A stretch of DNA of 64,000 bases from Felis catus (Eukaryota), in contig NC_058368.1 in the NCBI RefSeq assembly GCF_018350175.1, positions 153,142,001-153,206,000 of the forward strand, in the 5' to 3' direction. Each line of letters begins with the position of its first letter. Position 1 is the stretch's first letter. The notes under the pieces were generated by a model. The model was not told the origin of the DNA, did not search any database, and saw nothing but the letters and a program-made list of their open reading frames with translations. Shown here piece after piece: positions 12,657 to 25,939 of the stretch. The translations under genes and the position numbers were made by a program.

Positions 12657-13309
12657 AATAACCCTTTAAATAAATTGAGAATCTGTGAGTCCATATTATA
12701 AAAATAAATAATGGATAAGTCACACATTTGATAAGAGGAAGGGTTTTATCCAGTTTCAAAGTAATCCCACACTGATAATTAGTAATCACAAAGGAAAACA
12801 GACTGACTTCACAGTAGAGAATCTGTGCAGCCACTACCTTAATCACATGATCTGAATGAGCAGCCTAAGTAAAGGGACAAATGGAATTTTTGTGCCACCC
12901 AATAAAAGAATGCTATAACAAGAACCCAGTATCAGTTCTGTGACTTTTGCCAAATTTTTTAATCTGAATCACAGGAAAAGATCAGATGAACTCAAATTTA
13001 AGGGCACTCCACAGGAAAAACTGGCCGGTAATCTTCAAAAGTGTCAGTCATAAAAGCCAAGGACATACAGATGAACTGTTTGGGATTAAAGGAGACTACA
13101 GAAACATGTCAGCTGTACCTTTCCGCTGCAAAAAAGATAACAGAAATAATGGACAAATCTTGAATGAGATCTGAGGATGGCAGGAATATATGAGTATTGA
13201 TTTTCTGATTTGATGGTCCTATTGTGTTTATGTAGGAGAAAATCTTTGTAGAAAATACACATTAAAGTTTTCAGAGGGAAAAATGAAAACAACAGAAAAA
13301 TTAAGTTTT

Positions 13310-13419
13310 GGAGCTCCTGGCAGGCTCTGTCAGAAGAGGGTGTCACTCCTGATCTCGGAGCCAGGAGTTCGAGCCCCATAGTGCATGTAGAGGTTACTAA
13401 AAAAAATAAACTTAAAAAA
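13310..13419 (+). mobile_element. Short Can-SINE
   Basis: GGAGCTCCTGGCAGGCTC...GGAGTTCGAGCCCC...A tail. Confidence 0.8.
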
Positions 13420-13809
13420 TGTTAGCTTAAAAAATATATTTAAAAAAATAAACTTTTCAGAAGGTGATGGAGGAAGGCAACTTTCAAGTGGTTCAGGGAA
13501 GAGGAAAACTATGTTGTCATACTGTACTTACAGCTCTTCTGTAAGTTTGACATTGTTTCAAAATAAAATTTTAAAATTGCTAAAGTCATATTATTTAACT
13601 ATTCAAATTTTCAGAGTGCATGTAGATTTTAGGCATTACTTGATAAAATGGTGGGTATATTTGGACCTTGAAGTCTGTCCTAAGAGTTGTCAATGGTGTG
13701 GTCCATCCTGATGTCTTTCAGACAGCTTGAAATGTGTTTATTTGCAGCTGTTATGATCTGATTCACTTTTTAAGTCTACTATAGGTAGTCATTTAAATAA
13801 TAAAGTCCC

Positions 13810-14029
13810 GGGGGCGCCTGGGTGGCGCAGTTGGTTAAGCGTCCGACTTCACCCAGGTCACGATCTCGCGGTCCGTGAGTTCGAGCCCCGCGCCGGGCTC
13901 TGGGCTGATGGCTCAGAGCCTGGAGCCTGTTTCCGATTCTGTGTCTCCCTCTCTCTCTGCCCCTCCCCCGTTCATGCTCTGCCTCTCTCTGTCCCAAAAA
14001 TAAATAAACGTTGAAAAAAAAATTTTTTT
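13810..14029 (+). mobile_element. Young SINEC_Fc-type Can-SINE
   Basis: CpGs largely intact (GGTGGCGCAG, CACGATCTCGCGGTCCG); TSD AAATAATAAA(G/A)TCCC 13795-13809 and 14030-14044. Confidence 0.97.
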
Positions 14030-14442
14030 AAATAATAAAATCCCCTTTTTAAGGTTATTATTCTACAATGCAAATATCAAAGACAAATGAGTAATGAAGT
14101 CCTTGGCCCTGAAGAGATCTCTCCTGAAAACTACTGAAACAACTTGCACGAGAAACAGCAGGCAGAATAAGCTTAGTGTTCACACTAGGGAACCTGTCAC
14201 TTCACCTTTAGTCTAACATTAGCTATAAAGTTTGGTGTCTTCTCTGTCAGAAAAAAAAAGGGATGAGTACATACTTTTCCATGACACACAAGCTAGTTTT
14301 TATATCATTCGTGTTTTAAATTGTTGGGTTGGACTACGCTAATTTCCAGAGCAACACCGCTGCCTGCCATTTTCTGGTGGAAAGCTCTTTTAAGGGGATT
14401 TACCTGGGGATGAAATGTGATTGCATCTCTGCAGTTGTTCAT

Positions 14443-14473
14443 GGCACTTCCTGAACAGTCCAGCAGGTGGTAG
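14443..14473 (+). promoter_or_regulatory. Candidate CTCF site (core + upstream motif)
   Basis: CCAGCAGGTGGTAG (one mismatch to CCASYAGRKGGCRS), preceded 8 nt earlier by GGCACTTCC resembling the upstream TGCAGTTCC motif. Confidence 0.45.
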
Positions 14474-14621
14474 TCTAGGAGAGGAACAGTTCTCATTCTG
14501 CACCACCCCCCCCCCCACCCCCATCAGGAAAACAGAAAGAATGTGGACTCAGCAATGTGCCCTCTCTTTTCTGGCATAAGAATGGGATTTCCAAGGTTGT
14601 TCTTTCAAAATGGGTACTTAG

Positions 14622-14975
<354 letters not shown>

Positions 14976-16077
14976 TAAAATGATGAAGGGCTAAATCTTT
15001 AATACCTAAAATATGGCTGGGCTTCTAACTTGCTGTTTATACTGATAATATAAAGGGTAAAATATTTACCCTCCTTTATTTAGATAACATCTGAGTAACT
15101 ACAAAAACATATTTCTTTTTCAGCAGGATTGATGTTTATAAACTTTGCGGCAGGTAACCATGGACGGTGGCTGTGTCTAGATGTTAGAGCAATTGAAGAG
15201 TGAAATAGATAGCAGTGTTCAAGCAGTCCACTCTTACGCCTGGTGCTTAGTGAAATGAGAGTGTTTTGGTTCACTGAAAAATGATTGACATCCTCTAAGT
15301 CTGGCAATGCCCAGCTTAAATTAGTTTTGTGAGCGTGCTTGGATAGCATAACTAGGAATTATATAACTACAGCAAAAATTAAAGCTGACTTTTTTAGTGC
15401 TTTTGTTAAATGGAAAAAAGTTGCACCCTGAAATTAACAAATGGAACAAATGAACTCATTTTCCTTATTTTCCAAAGTGAAAAGGTCTGTCCCAGACCAA
15501 AATAATATCTTGAATTTACCAAAGATCTCTCTAAAAACTCCTTATTTGGACCACCATGTTGCAAGGAACATGAGTAGAAAAACCTATTAGGATTACAGCA
15601 TACAACTGAAACGAGACTCAAAGCATATTTTGATTTCATTTTAAGGATTTTAAGGAAACAAATTATTTAGTGACAGCATATCTTCCAGCCCAGTGCCTAA
15701 GCAAATCATAAGATGGATTTAGGAAGGACAGAAAATACAAAGTAACTTGAAAGTTTGGCATCAGGTTGATACAAGGAGGTGTGTAGACATCTCTGTATAG
15801 CCACAGAGATCATCAAGCACCTGCTGCTGGCACATTGTGTTAGTGCTACAGTCCCAGGCCTGCTCCTTTACAATGTGATGATTCAAGGGAGTAAACAGTT
15901 AGCGGTTAGAATAGACTATGCCAAGTGCCGTGCAAACAAAATGTTGTAAAGGTTGAGTGAAGCACCTGTTTACTCCTGCAAGTGCTAGCATTTGAGATGA
16001 GCCCCGGAAGTGGGCCCTTCAGATCAGAGGCCCTGTCTGGTCAGCTTTGAATCCCAGGGGTCTATTGGAACTAACAC

Positions 16078-16578
16078 CGAGGTCCACACTGGCAGCCTGC
16101 AGATGTATTTTATTTGTTGGACACACAGTGGTATACAGAACAGTGTTTTCAATTGTTTCATATTTGGGGGCAGCTGGGTGGCTCAGTCATTGAGAGTCCC
16201 AACTTCAGCTCAGGTCATGATCTCACCGTTTGTGAATTCAAGCCCCACATCAGGCTTGCTGCTGTCTGCACGAAGCCTGCTTCGGATCTTCTGTCCCCCT
16301 CCCTCTCTGCCCCTCCCCCTGTTCTCAAAAATAGAAAAATAAAAAATTTTAAAAAAACTCTTTAAAAAATTGTTTAATATTTGCTGCAAACTTTTAAAAT
16401 TGAGAAATCTCACATAAAAACTTGAATTTCTGGCTTTTCTTTAATAGCAGTACTTGCTTGGCAGCAATTGGCAAGTCCTAAGTGGATGCTTCCCCCTTTA
16501 GATGGGGCATGTGATCTTATTATACATGGGATAGACTTCGTTCATTCACTTTACCTGCCATCGAGTTTGCAATACCTT
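16078..16578 (-). mobile_element. MER102-like hAT-Charlie relic, split by a SINE
   Basis: GAGAAATCTCACATAAAAACTTGAATTTCTGGCTT, CCCCCTTTAGATGGGGCATG and TTACCTGCC...GAGTTTGC; same family as 36950-37222. Confidence 0.7.
16166..16367 (+). mobile_element. Can-SINE
   Basis: TSD AATTGTTT(C/A)ATATTT. Confidence 0.93.
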
Positions 16579-17494
16579 TAACGTTAAGTAAGTGATGAGC
16601 GTATGGTTAGAGATGAGTATTTCAGGCAGAGAAACAGTGTTAGTCTGGGTAGTACAAAAGGGAACTGATTAATCTTGCCGAGATTTAGAGAAGAGTTGGG
16701 GTGAGGGTGGCAAGAAGAAAGCCTTTGCAGTTCGGAAGGTAATGCTGGGAGCCGAGACAGACGAGGGTAAGTTGGCCTCAGTGCCATGTTACCATGCTTC
16801 GGAAGGGATGTTGAACTTCAGCTTTTAAGCAGTAGGAAGCCATCAAAGTTGGAGTTTTTATTTGTTTTCCTCTGATTTGTTTTTAAATTTTTTTAAATTT
16901 TGATTGGGAATGACTTGCTTGTACTACTTTTTAGAAGGATGACTGGGAAACATTTAGGAGGGTAATGAAATGTGGAACAGCTCCAGTTAGAGGTGGGCTC
17001 CTATCATAGTCCAGCCTATAATATTTCTGCAGCATACCTGGGAATAGAGAGCAGGTGACAGGTTTGAGAATTGTAAAGATAACCATTAATGGAATTTGGT
17101 TAGCCAATAAAATGTAGGGATGTGGAGTATCCGAGAGCAACATCATTTAGGAATGCCAGGCTCAGGTGAATGGCTGGGTACCAACATCTTTAGTCAACAT
17201 GAAGATCACATCAGGCATAGGGTTCTAGGAAATACGCAGTGAGGTTGGTGAGTTGGTAAGATGTGGGAGTCATTGGTAAAGTTAATTTTAGTTAATAATT
17301 GTATAATAATTAATAATTTAGTAACTAGGTTTTAGGAGAGAGCTACAGAAAGAGATAATTAATGAAAGGGAACTAGAACAGAAGAGTTTGGAGTTTCTGG
17401 TAGAAAAGAAAGTTTCAGAAGAAAACAATAGGAACTGTCAAGTGCAGCGGAGAAGATAAATAGGCTGAGGACCGAGGGGCATTGTGGTGCAGTG

Positions 17495-17680
17495 CAGTGT
17501 TCCCCACCTGTGGCTTGCAGCAAAATCATGTAAAGGGCTTGTTGAAACACAGGTTGTCAGGCCCCACACCGAGAGTTTCTGATACAGTAGATCTGAGCAG
17601 GTCTGGAAGTTTGCTTTTCTAGCAATTTCCCAGATGATGCTGAGACAGCCAGGCTAGGGACCACAGTTTGAGAACTGCTG
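17495..17680. mobile_element. MER5A hAT-Charlie MITE
   Basis: AGGGCTTGTTGAAACACAG...GAGAGTTTCTGATACAGTAG...GGGACCACAGTTTGAGAACTGCTG. Confidence 0.88.
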
Positions 17681-17694
17681 ATATAGTGAACATG

Positions 17695-17840
17695 ATCCTA
17701 ACTCCACCAATCTAGCCAGCTGACTTTAGTTGAGTCACGGATACAAATTTTTTTCTACTTTCTTCATCTGTGAAATAGGAATACATACTATTTAGGATTA
17801 TGGTGTGATTTAATTAAATGGCATAACATATTAAGCAATT
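17695..17840 (+). mobile_element. MIR
   Basis: TTTCTTCATCTGTGAAATAGGAATA...AGGATTATGGTGTGATT. Confidence 0.6.
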
Positions 17841-18783
17841 GTACTGTACCTCACATGAGGAGCAATTATTTTTATCCAAGAAGTTTAATGGAGTATAGAA
17901 AGAGAGATAAAGAAAGTAATAGTTTAGGAAGGATGTTTGGCTGGTTGGTTCAAAGGAGATTTTTTGTTTCTGTTTCCTTGTGAAAAGAACCAACAAAGAA
18001 GGAGAAACTGACAAGTGGAGGAAAGAAAGACTCTTTGCTGTGGCAAGATTGTGGACAGGGCAGGAAGAACAGAAGTGATAGAGGGAGGAGAGATGTTTCT
18101 CTCTCTGAGGCTAGGGAGAGAGGGAGGAACATGGAAAACCATTTGGAAGCTGGAAGTGAGAAAAGTTGGAATTTGCATCTAATGCTCTCTCTTTTCTCTG
18201 AAAGTCAAGAAGCAAGGACATTTGTTGAGAAAAATGGGTTGAAAGCTTGAGCTAAAAGTGGTAAAAAGTTCAGAGAAGTTTCTAGGCAGAAAGTAAATAG
18301 CAAACTATGGTGGGTTGGAAGATAGATGGTCAAGAAACAGACTGCTTAGAGAGAAATTGGAGGGATTCAGTAGAGGTTAGACACCTGAAATCCATGATTG
18401 AACCAGTCACCAGCAATTAAATAAATGTGAACCTCAAGGTTAAGATGGTAGCCAGTATCACCTATCAAACCACATATACACGAAAAAGTCTGTGGAGCAC
18501 TTATGCAAATTTACTAATAAACGAGGACTGTTGGACATTAAACTGTATTTCATGGTGAGATATAAGCGTGATTGTTATGGCCTGTTTCTTGGAGGAACTT
18601 AATCAAAGCTAAGTATATGTAAAAACTAAAAACATCTCAAACGCATATTTAATGAGTTTCATTCCATCTCTGTGACACTCTTGAAGCCACGAGCTTATGT
18701 GCCATTCTGGCACACCAGTACCTTCCTGGTACCAGTGCTCAGTTAATCATTCCTAAAAGAAATGCCTGTTAAGAAACACTTGA

Positions 18784-19006
18784 GGGGCGCCTGGGTGGCT
18801 CAGTCGGTTAAGCATCCAACTTCGGCTCAGGTCATGATCTCGCAGTCTGTAAGTTCGAGCCCCACGTCGGGCTCTGTGCTGACCGCTCAGAGCCTGGAGC
18901 CTGTTTCAGATTCTGTGTCTCCCCCTCCCTACCCCTCCCCCGTTCATGCTCTGTTTCTCTCTGTCTCAAAAATAAATAAACGTTTAAAAAAATTTTTCGT
19001 TAAAAA
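18784..19006 (+). mobile_element. Can-SINE (felid type)
   Basis: Perfect TSD AAGAAACACTTGA 18771-18783 and 19007-19019. Confidence 0.96.
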
Positions 19007-19438
19007 AAGAAACACTTGAAAAATATGATTTCTCTACGGTCCGTTGGAGTTCATTTAGTTTGTAAACTGTCTCATGTCGTCAACTTGGGCATTTTCATAG
19101 AATATGGCTATATGGTAGTAAGATCTTCCAAGTATGTTCCATGAAGACTTAGTGGTTAGTATTATTTTTTATTGGCTTTGTATTTTTTTAACTGGCTTTT
19201 GTCAATATCTGCACCCACAAAAGTGTGTATCTTATGCTTGGCTACTGTATTTTGCTCAAAGGGGATTACTGCTTCATTTTTTTATCCAGATTATTATTAT
19301 GTGATAGAGACTATTATTTTATCCAGACTATTATTATGTGATTAGGTGCCCAGAGACTAACAGATGAAAGTTATCTTTTTATAATAATCTGAATTTTTGT
19401 ATATATATTGTTTGATGAAATTTTAAAAAGGGAATCTT

Positions 19439-19545
19439 TTTGTTTGTTTGTTTTTGAAGTAAACTCTACCCCCCAACATGGGGGCTCGAACTACCACCCA
19501 AGATCAAAGGTCGCATGTTCCATCGACTAAGCCAGCCAGGCACCC
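19439..19545 (-). mobile_element. Short Can-SINE
   Basis: (TTTG)n tail, GGGGCTCGAAC, GCCAGGCACCC; TSD AAGG(G/A)AATCTT. Confidence 0.9.
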
Positions 19546-19560
19546 TTAAAAGGAAATCTT

Positions 19561-20462
19561 TAAAAAAAATTTTTTTTATTTGAGTATAGTTGACACACAA
19601 TGTTACATTAGTTTCAAGTGTACAACATAGTGATTCAACATCTCTGTACACATTATGCTGTGTTGACCATAAGTGTAATTACTGTCACTATACAACGCTA
19701 TTATGATATCATTGACTGTGTTCTAAATGCTGTGCCTTTTATTGCTGTGACTTATTCTATAACTGGAAGCCTGTGTCTCCCACTCCTCTTCGCTCATTAT
19801 GCCTATCCTCCCACCCCCACTTCCCTCCTGGCAATCATCAGTTTGTTTTCTGTTTTTAGAGGTCTGGTTCTGCTTTGTGTTTCTTTGTTTATTCTTTTTT
19901 TTTTTTTAATTCCACATGTAAGTGAAATCATATGGTATTTATCTTTCACATTCTGTCTTATTTCACTTAGCATAATACTCTCTAGGTCCAAATGGCACTG
20001 TCTCATTCTTTTTTAAGGCTGCATAATATTTCATTGTATATAAGTATTACATCTTCCTTATCCATTTGTCCATCAGTGGACACTTAAGTCTTCCATATTT
20101 TGGCTATTGTAAATAATGCTGCAGTAAACATAGGGGTGCCTATATCTTTCAAATTAGTGTTTTTGTTTTCTTTGGGTAAATACCTAGTTGTAGATTTATT
20201 GGGTCATATGGGATTTCTGTTTTTAATTTTTTGAAGAACTTCCTTAGTGTTTTCCACAGTGTCTATACCAATTTACATTCCCACCAACAGGGTATGAGGG
20301 TTCCTTTTTCTACACATCTTCTCCAACACTTGTTATATCTTGCCTTTTTTTTTTTTATCATAACCATTCTCACAGGTATAAGTGATATCTTAACTGTGGT
20401 TTTGATCTGCATTTTCCTGATGAGTAGTGATGTTGCACACCTTCTCCTATGTCTATGGACAT
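19561..20462 (-). mobile_element. Carnivore L1 3' end (ORF2 C-terminus + 3'UTR), 5'-truncated
   Basis: ORF 19803..20006 DLESIMLSEIRQNVKDKYHMISLTCGI; 3' end similar to the L1 at 3866-4431. Confidence 0.93.
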
Positions 20463-20468
20463 AGACAT

Positions 20469-20615
20469 GGGTTCAAGCCCCACATCAGGCTCTGTGCTGA
20501 CAACTTAGAGCCTGGAGCCTGCTAAGGATTCTGTATGTGTATCTCTCTCTGCCCCTCCCCTGCTCATGCTCTGTTTTTCTGTCTCAAAAATAATTAAAAA
20601 TAAAAATAAATAAAT
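20469..20615 (+). mobile_element. Headless Can-SINE (B box to tail) fused to the L1 5' end
   Basis: GGGTTCAAGCCCCACATCAGGCTCTGTGCTGAC...A tail followed by AAGGGAATCTT. Confidence 0.9.
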
Positions 20616-21679
20616 AAGGGAATCTTGATCACTTGAAATATTATCAGGAATTTCTTGATCACTTTCTGAAGATTCAGGGTTGAGCTACCAAGCATCTAAT
20701 ACATTTGAGCTTTTAAGAAAATGTGTATGAAGTACTTTATAAAGCATGATGGATACAAATGCAAAGTGAGTTTAGAAAAATTATTCTAAATTTGTCTGCT
20801 ATTATTTTTATTGCTTAATATCTTATTGACCATGGTGGTACCACCAGTGCAAGACTCACCTCCTATCAGCTTTCTCACCCCAGGATGGAAGGAGCTTATT
20901 CCCCAGTAGGAAAAGCCTTTAAGACTTAAATTACCCTCACCTTGGATCACCGACTATGCAGAAACCAGTCACATGTGAAAGGTACTCTGGCCATACTTGG
21001 GTCATGAGCAGTCTCCATCAGTAGAAGGAGTTCAATTGTTATCGCAAAAACTACATAGAATGGAATTCCCACCAGAAGAAATGATACTTTTATCAATAAA
21101 AGAGGGGCAACAGTGGTAGGTGGGCCATTGTAAGAGATGTCCACTATACGTATTTTCTGAATTTCTTGTTCATTGATATAAGTTGGGATAAGGCTAAAGA
21201 CAGCTATTGTCAAATCACTGGGATATTTCATTGATGTGACCTCAGTTTATTATGAATATCCTTGTTATCTATCATCTAACCAAATGTCTCTATAGTCCAC
21301 AAGAAATTCATAAGGGACCACATTTAATTTTTTTTTTAATTCCCTGATCCATTAATCCAATAATCTTTTTTTTTTTAAAGTGAGTTGAATTTATTTCTAA
21401 GATTTGTGTTCATGCTTATACATCACAGCTTTCTTAAACTGGTTAGTCCAAGGTATATCCAAACGGTGTAACAATAATGGGAACAATCACAAGAGTTTAT
21501 CCTCAGCTGCTAGGCATTGCTTGAACCCTGTCAGTTGTTAAAATATGGAAATGGCTAGGGTTTAAACTCTTTGCCTATGTCCCAGGCTTAATCTAGGAGA
21601 ATCCCCAGACTTCCAGCAGCTGAAAGGTTAATGCGTGGCCAGATAGGGAGCCTCCAGGATCCTAACTCCAGCTCTAGAC

Positions 21680-21745
21680 CTGCAGCCATTCTGATTGGTC
21701 AGTGTAGGTGCCACATTCATCACACATTTTGCATATCACTCCTAG
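21680..21745 (-). mobile_element. Possible hAT-Tip100-like terminal relic
   Basis: The minus strand reads AGGAGTGATATGCAAAA...CACTGACCAATCAGAATGG, like recalled MamTip-type ends. Confidence 0.35.
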
Positions 21746-22399
21746 CTTAATTGCGTTCTAAAGTATTTTCTATTTTTAACTGGAACCAGTCAGATTCAGA
21801 CTTAAATACAGCATTTATTTCAGATTTTCTTCTAGGGCTGCCTTACTAACTGACAATTTTTTCACATGTGTAGGGAATCCCATATAGGATAATAAGGGTA
21901 GCCAGCAATATCAGGCATGAGCTTCTTAAAGATGCTGGAAAACACGTTTTTGGAAAAGATTCATATACATATAAGAACATTTCCAAAAACTGAAATGCAT
22001 TCTTGGAATGCATAAGCTGGCAAGGGAGCAGAACTTTACATAGTATTGGGATATGACACTTCTCAGAATGTGAGTTATGAGACTACATTGTTCAGAGTCC
22101 TGTTTGACTCTCTCTGTCTGTAACTGGCTTATACATGTTCATTTATACAAGCATCTGGTCTCGAGATGTTCCCTAGCAATTTTTGAACCATTCGCTATTT
22201 CAGAGAAGGGAGTTACAACATGGAATTTGTAGCTAAAAATATATAGCCTATGTTCAAATTTAAGATCAGCTGGTTAAAATCATTTTTATTCCTCACCCCA
22301 TGTCTTAAACATTAGGCTGGGAAATAAGTAACTCAAAGGTAGAAACAGTTTCTTTTACTTTTTTATTGTTTTTTTTTTTTTTTTGGTGGTAACTAGAGG

Positions 22400-22612
22400 T
22401 TGTTTGTTTGTTTTTTTTTTAATGTTTATTTTGAGAGACAGAGAGAGAGAGAGCTTGAGCAGGGGAGGGGCAGAGAGAGAGGGAGAGAGAGAATTCCAAG
22501 CAGCCTTCGCACTAACAGCCAGGCTTCATCTCCCGGAATGGAACAGTGAGGTCATGATCTGAGTCGAAATCAAGAGTCGGACACTTAACCGACTGTGCCA
22601 CCCAGGTGCCCC
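22400..22612 (-). mobile_element. Can-SINE
   Basis: T tail, GA tract, head ...CACCCAGGTGCCCC; TSD AACTAGA. Confidence 0.93.
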
Positions 22613-24222
22613 AACTAGACTGTTTTGAACACATAATAAATATTCTTTTAATACAGAAAAATAGTGTTTATTTTCTTACTCCTCTTTCTTTCCTTCCCTC
22701 CTTCTTTCCCCTTATGTCCTTTCTTCCTTCCTTGTTTTCCACGTATCTCTTGTCATTATATATTGAATTTCAGCTTTAAAACTAATGCCTTCTCTTATGA
22801 AGAAATTCTCCCAAAGGAAAATAGTCTTTGAGGTATCATAAGAAATGGAACATGTTTCTCTGCTCAGGAAACATACAGAGTTCATTGCAAATGGAATAGA
22901 GAAGAAAATTAATAATCCTCCATTAATTTTCTTCTGTGAGAATTCCTACTTAGCATCCAGAGGGGTTCAGTGCAGGTGTCGGCTTAGATACAGTACATAT
23001 TTAGTCTTGGCTGCTTCCTTTTGAGGATAAACAGCTCTTGGGAAATACACATTGTTAAATAATCAGTTACAGAGGACTAATTGTTTCAAGGCACTCTCTT
23101 TGCAATTGCTTTCCAACAGCCAACAGTAATAAGAAATGTCACTTTGTTTCCATTGGAGACTAGCACATGAACTATTCATGAAGAGTGGAAAAGCAATCTT
23201 CCCAGAAAACCCTGGAATAAACATGTTGAAGCCAGGGGAGGTTGGGACTCTTTCATTGATTTGTCCCAGAGCCATGTCAAGTTAAGTGAAAAAAAAAAAA
23301 AAAAATAGCTACACTCCTTTTGTAGCGTGAGATGGAGAGACTAATGAATGCCTGGTGTGCTCTTCAACATCCCAGAACATTTCTATAACTTTACAAATAA
23401 ATATACAGAAGCTAAGACAAGGAGGTGTATTTAAATTGTCTTGATTAGGTCATACCACTGTCTAATGTTCAGTAACATCTGGGCTTGGGAATCATCTTTC
23501 TGTTTTCCTATAGTAAACTTCTTAACTCTATTTGACAATAAATGACAACATCTAACGTTGCCTTCTCATTACCCTGTTGATTGGCCAGGCAGGGCTCTTG
23601 AGACAGACTGCAGGATTTTCACTTTTGTTTGTACTAGGTTTTGTAAATAAAAGTGTCAGGGTCTGATCTGCCAGTGGGTATCTTCCACGAATACATTGTT
23701 ACTAATGAAGGGACTGTATAGACTACCTTTTGACACCTGGCTTCATCCTTGCAAAACAGCTGCCTCCATTTCTCCTGCCCTAATGTTTCCATTTCAGAAC
23801 TTTTTCTGTGCCCTTTCTGATCACATTTTTTGCATTTCAACCATGTAGTATACCCTCCTGGACTTGCAGGGCCCTTATCTCACCAGTGAAAAGATCTAGC
23901 ACTCCTCTGATCCTTGAAATCACAATGCCACAAGAGTTAGAGTAAACAAGCCACTTACCCCCTTTTGTTAAAACAGTTTTGGGAGAACACAGCCAGCAGT
24001 TAACATTTGGAGCCATATTTCCCCTGGTCATTCAGATTCTTTGCCTTTGTGTTAATTCATAATTTTTCCAGGGCTTAAAATTTTATTCCTATCTCTTGTA
24101 TTACTCAAATATTGGGATGGGATCAATATATATTTTTGTAAATACATTTTATATGTATATGTTATGGTAAAATTCAATGCTGAGCTGCCAGATGCAATGC
24201 AATGAGGATGCAGTTAAGTGTC

Positions 24223-24447
24223 TTTTTTTTTTTTAATTTTTTTAATGTTTATTTATTTTTGACAGAGAGAGGGAGACAGAACGTGAACAGGGGAGGGGCA
24301 GAGAGAGAGAGAGAGACAGAATAGAAGCAGGCTCCAGGCTCTGAGCTGTCAGTACAGAGTCTGATGTGGGGCCCGAACCCACGAACCGTGAGATCATGAC
24401 CTGAGCCGAAGTCAGACACTTAACTGACTGAGCCACCCAGATGCCCC
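24223..24447 (-). mobile_element. Can-SINE (felid type)
   Basis: Full length; TSD AA(G/A)TGTCTT. Confidence 0.95.
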
Positions 24448-25939
24448 AAATGTCTTAAAACCTCTGTTGTACCAAAAGACTTGACACCTGCAAGGTTTAG
24501 TTACCTACTTTCCAAATGGAGGTAAAATCCAAAAATGCCCTGAATTTTATCCTAGAGATGATATAAAAATATATGTACAAAATACAATGTATAAAGTACA
24601 TGGTTTATAAATACAAAATATTATAAAAGAATAAATGGGCAAAAGAAATGGTTATCTCCAGAACCACATAAAGACAAATGAGAGGCCAAACAGAGATTAG
24701 GAAGCTTAGCCTTTAAATCCTCTCTTAAGCCACTGATTGATCACTGAATGATCTCATCCACTCACACAGAGGTATTCCCTATATACAGGTACCATAGTTC
24801 CCCTGTGTCCATCATCACAATGCTTATTTTGTGACATGAATCTGCTGTAGTCACTGATCTGCTTTTAAATGTGTAGCACACGCCTTCAGGTCCAAACAGG
24901 TAACTCACGTGAGTGATGTAAGCTTACTGTGAGACTATCTAGGGTTTGGTGGGGACTGTATAACTGGAGAGTTCAGACCCTTCCGAAAAGCATGCAAATG
25001 AAAAAAGCAAACAGGGTGTGGGCCAAACAAAAGATTTTCCAGGGAAAATTCCCCAGGGTCCAACAGAACCTGGCTTTCAGGCTTTGTGGCTAATCTATTT
25101 ATAGTTTGCCCCCTCCCTTGGGGCAAAGTAAAAGTTTGGGGGATCCAAGTGGCTCAACTGAAAACCTACTGTATTAACTGGAACTCGTCCTGCATGGCAA
25201 TCTTTGGACTCCATTTCTTCATTCTCTGGTGCGGTGAGACTGCTGAATTCTCTGCTTAGCTTTTAAGCCTTGGAAGCAGCTGGATTCCAGTAGTTTCCTA
25301 ACCTTTCTTCCCACACAAAGTCAGCTTTGGAAGTGGCAAATGCCTTTATAGTTCTCTTTTGCTTCAGAATCTTGGCCCCTCAAGTCCTGATTGCCTTAGT
25401 AGATTTGAACCCTATTTTTTCGTCTCCCCAACCTGCTCAGATTGCAGCAGGTCCCAGGCTGCAACTTCCTGTTCTGCCTCTAGGCATCTCACTTTGAATT
25501 GGAAAATTCCCTGAAGAAAAAAAAAAAAGGTGGGGGGGCAGTGAATGGAGGGCTCCCTGCTGTATGGATTTTGCTTCTGTACAAGATCTTGGCTCCTCAA
25601 GTACTAGCTGTTCGGATGACTTTCATCTGCTCTTTTGTTACTGTCTGTGTTGTTGTTTTATTATTGTACATGTGTGTTTGAAAGTGTTTTCTCCAGCTTG
25701 TGGAATTCCACTCAGTGAGGGTTAATCTGATATAAAATCCATCAAAGCCAGGAGCAAAAATCCCCATAAATTTATTTCAACAAGTATCTAATAAATTTTT
25801 AGCGTAAACTGAACGCGTGTTGATAAGTAAAGATATTTGGAGCCACTGCAAGTCCTCAGATGTGGAGTGGGTGACCTTTTAAGACACGTGCACTGTGCTG
25901 GTGCTCCTGGGAACACCGATGAAGATGTCTACCTAGAAC

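Larger units (their letters stand above)
11950..13576 (+). mobile_element. Old L1 3'UTR (L1MC3/4-like), interrupted by two SINEs and (TG)n
   Basis: CTAGCTCTGTC...TTGGTTTCTAAATGCCATTCTCC...GGGAAAGTACAAGAT...; ends CTGTAAGTTTGACATTGTTTCAAAATAAAA. Confidence 0.8.

Noticed and set aside
25371..25606. Repeated CTTGGC(C/T)CCTCAAGT words about 215 bp apart
   Set aside because: Probably internal repeats of an old L1/HAL1-like 5' region; too degraded to call.
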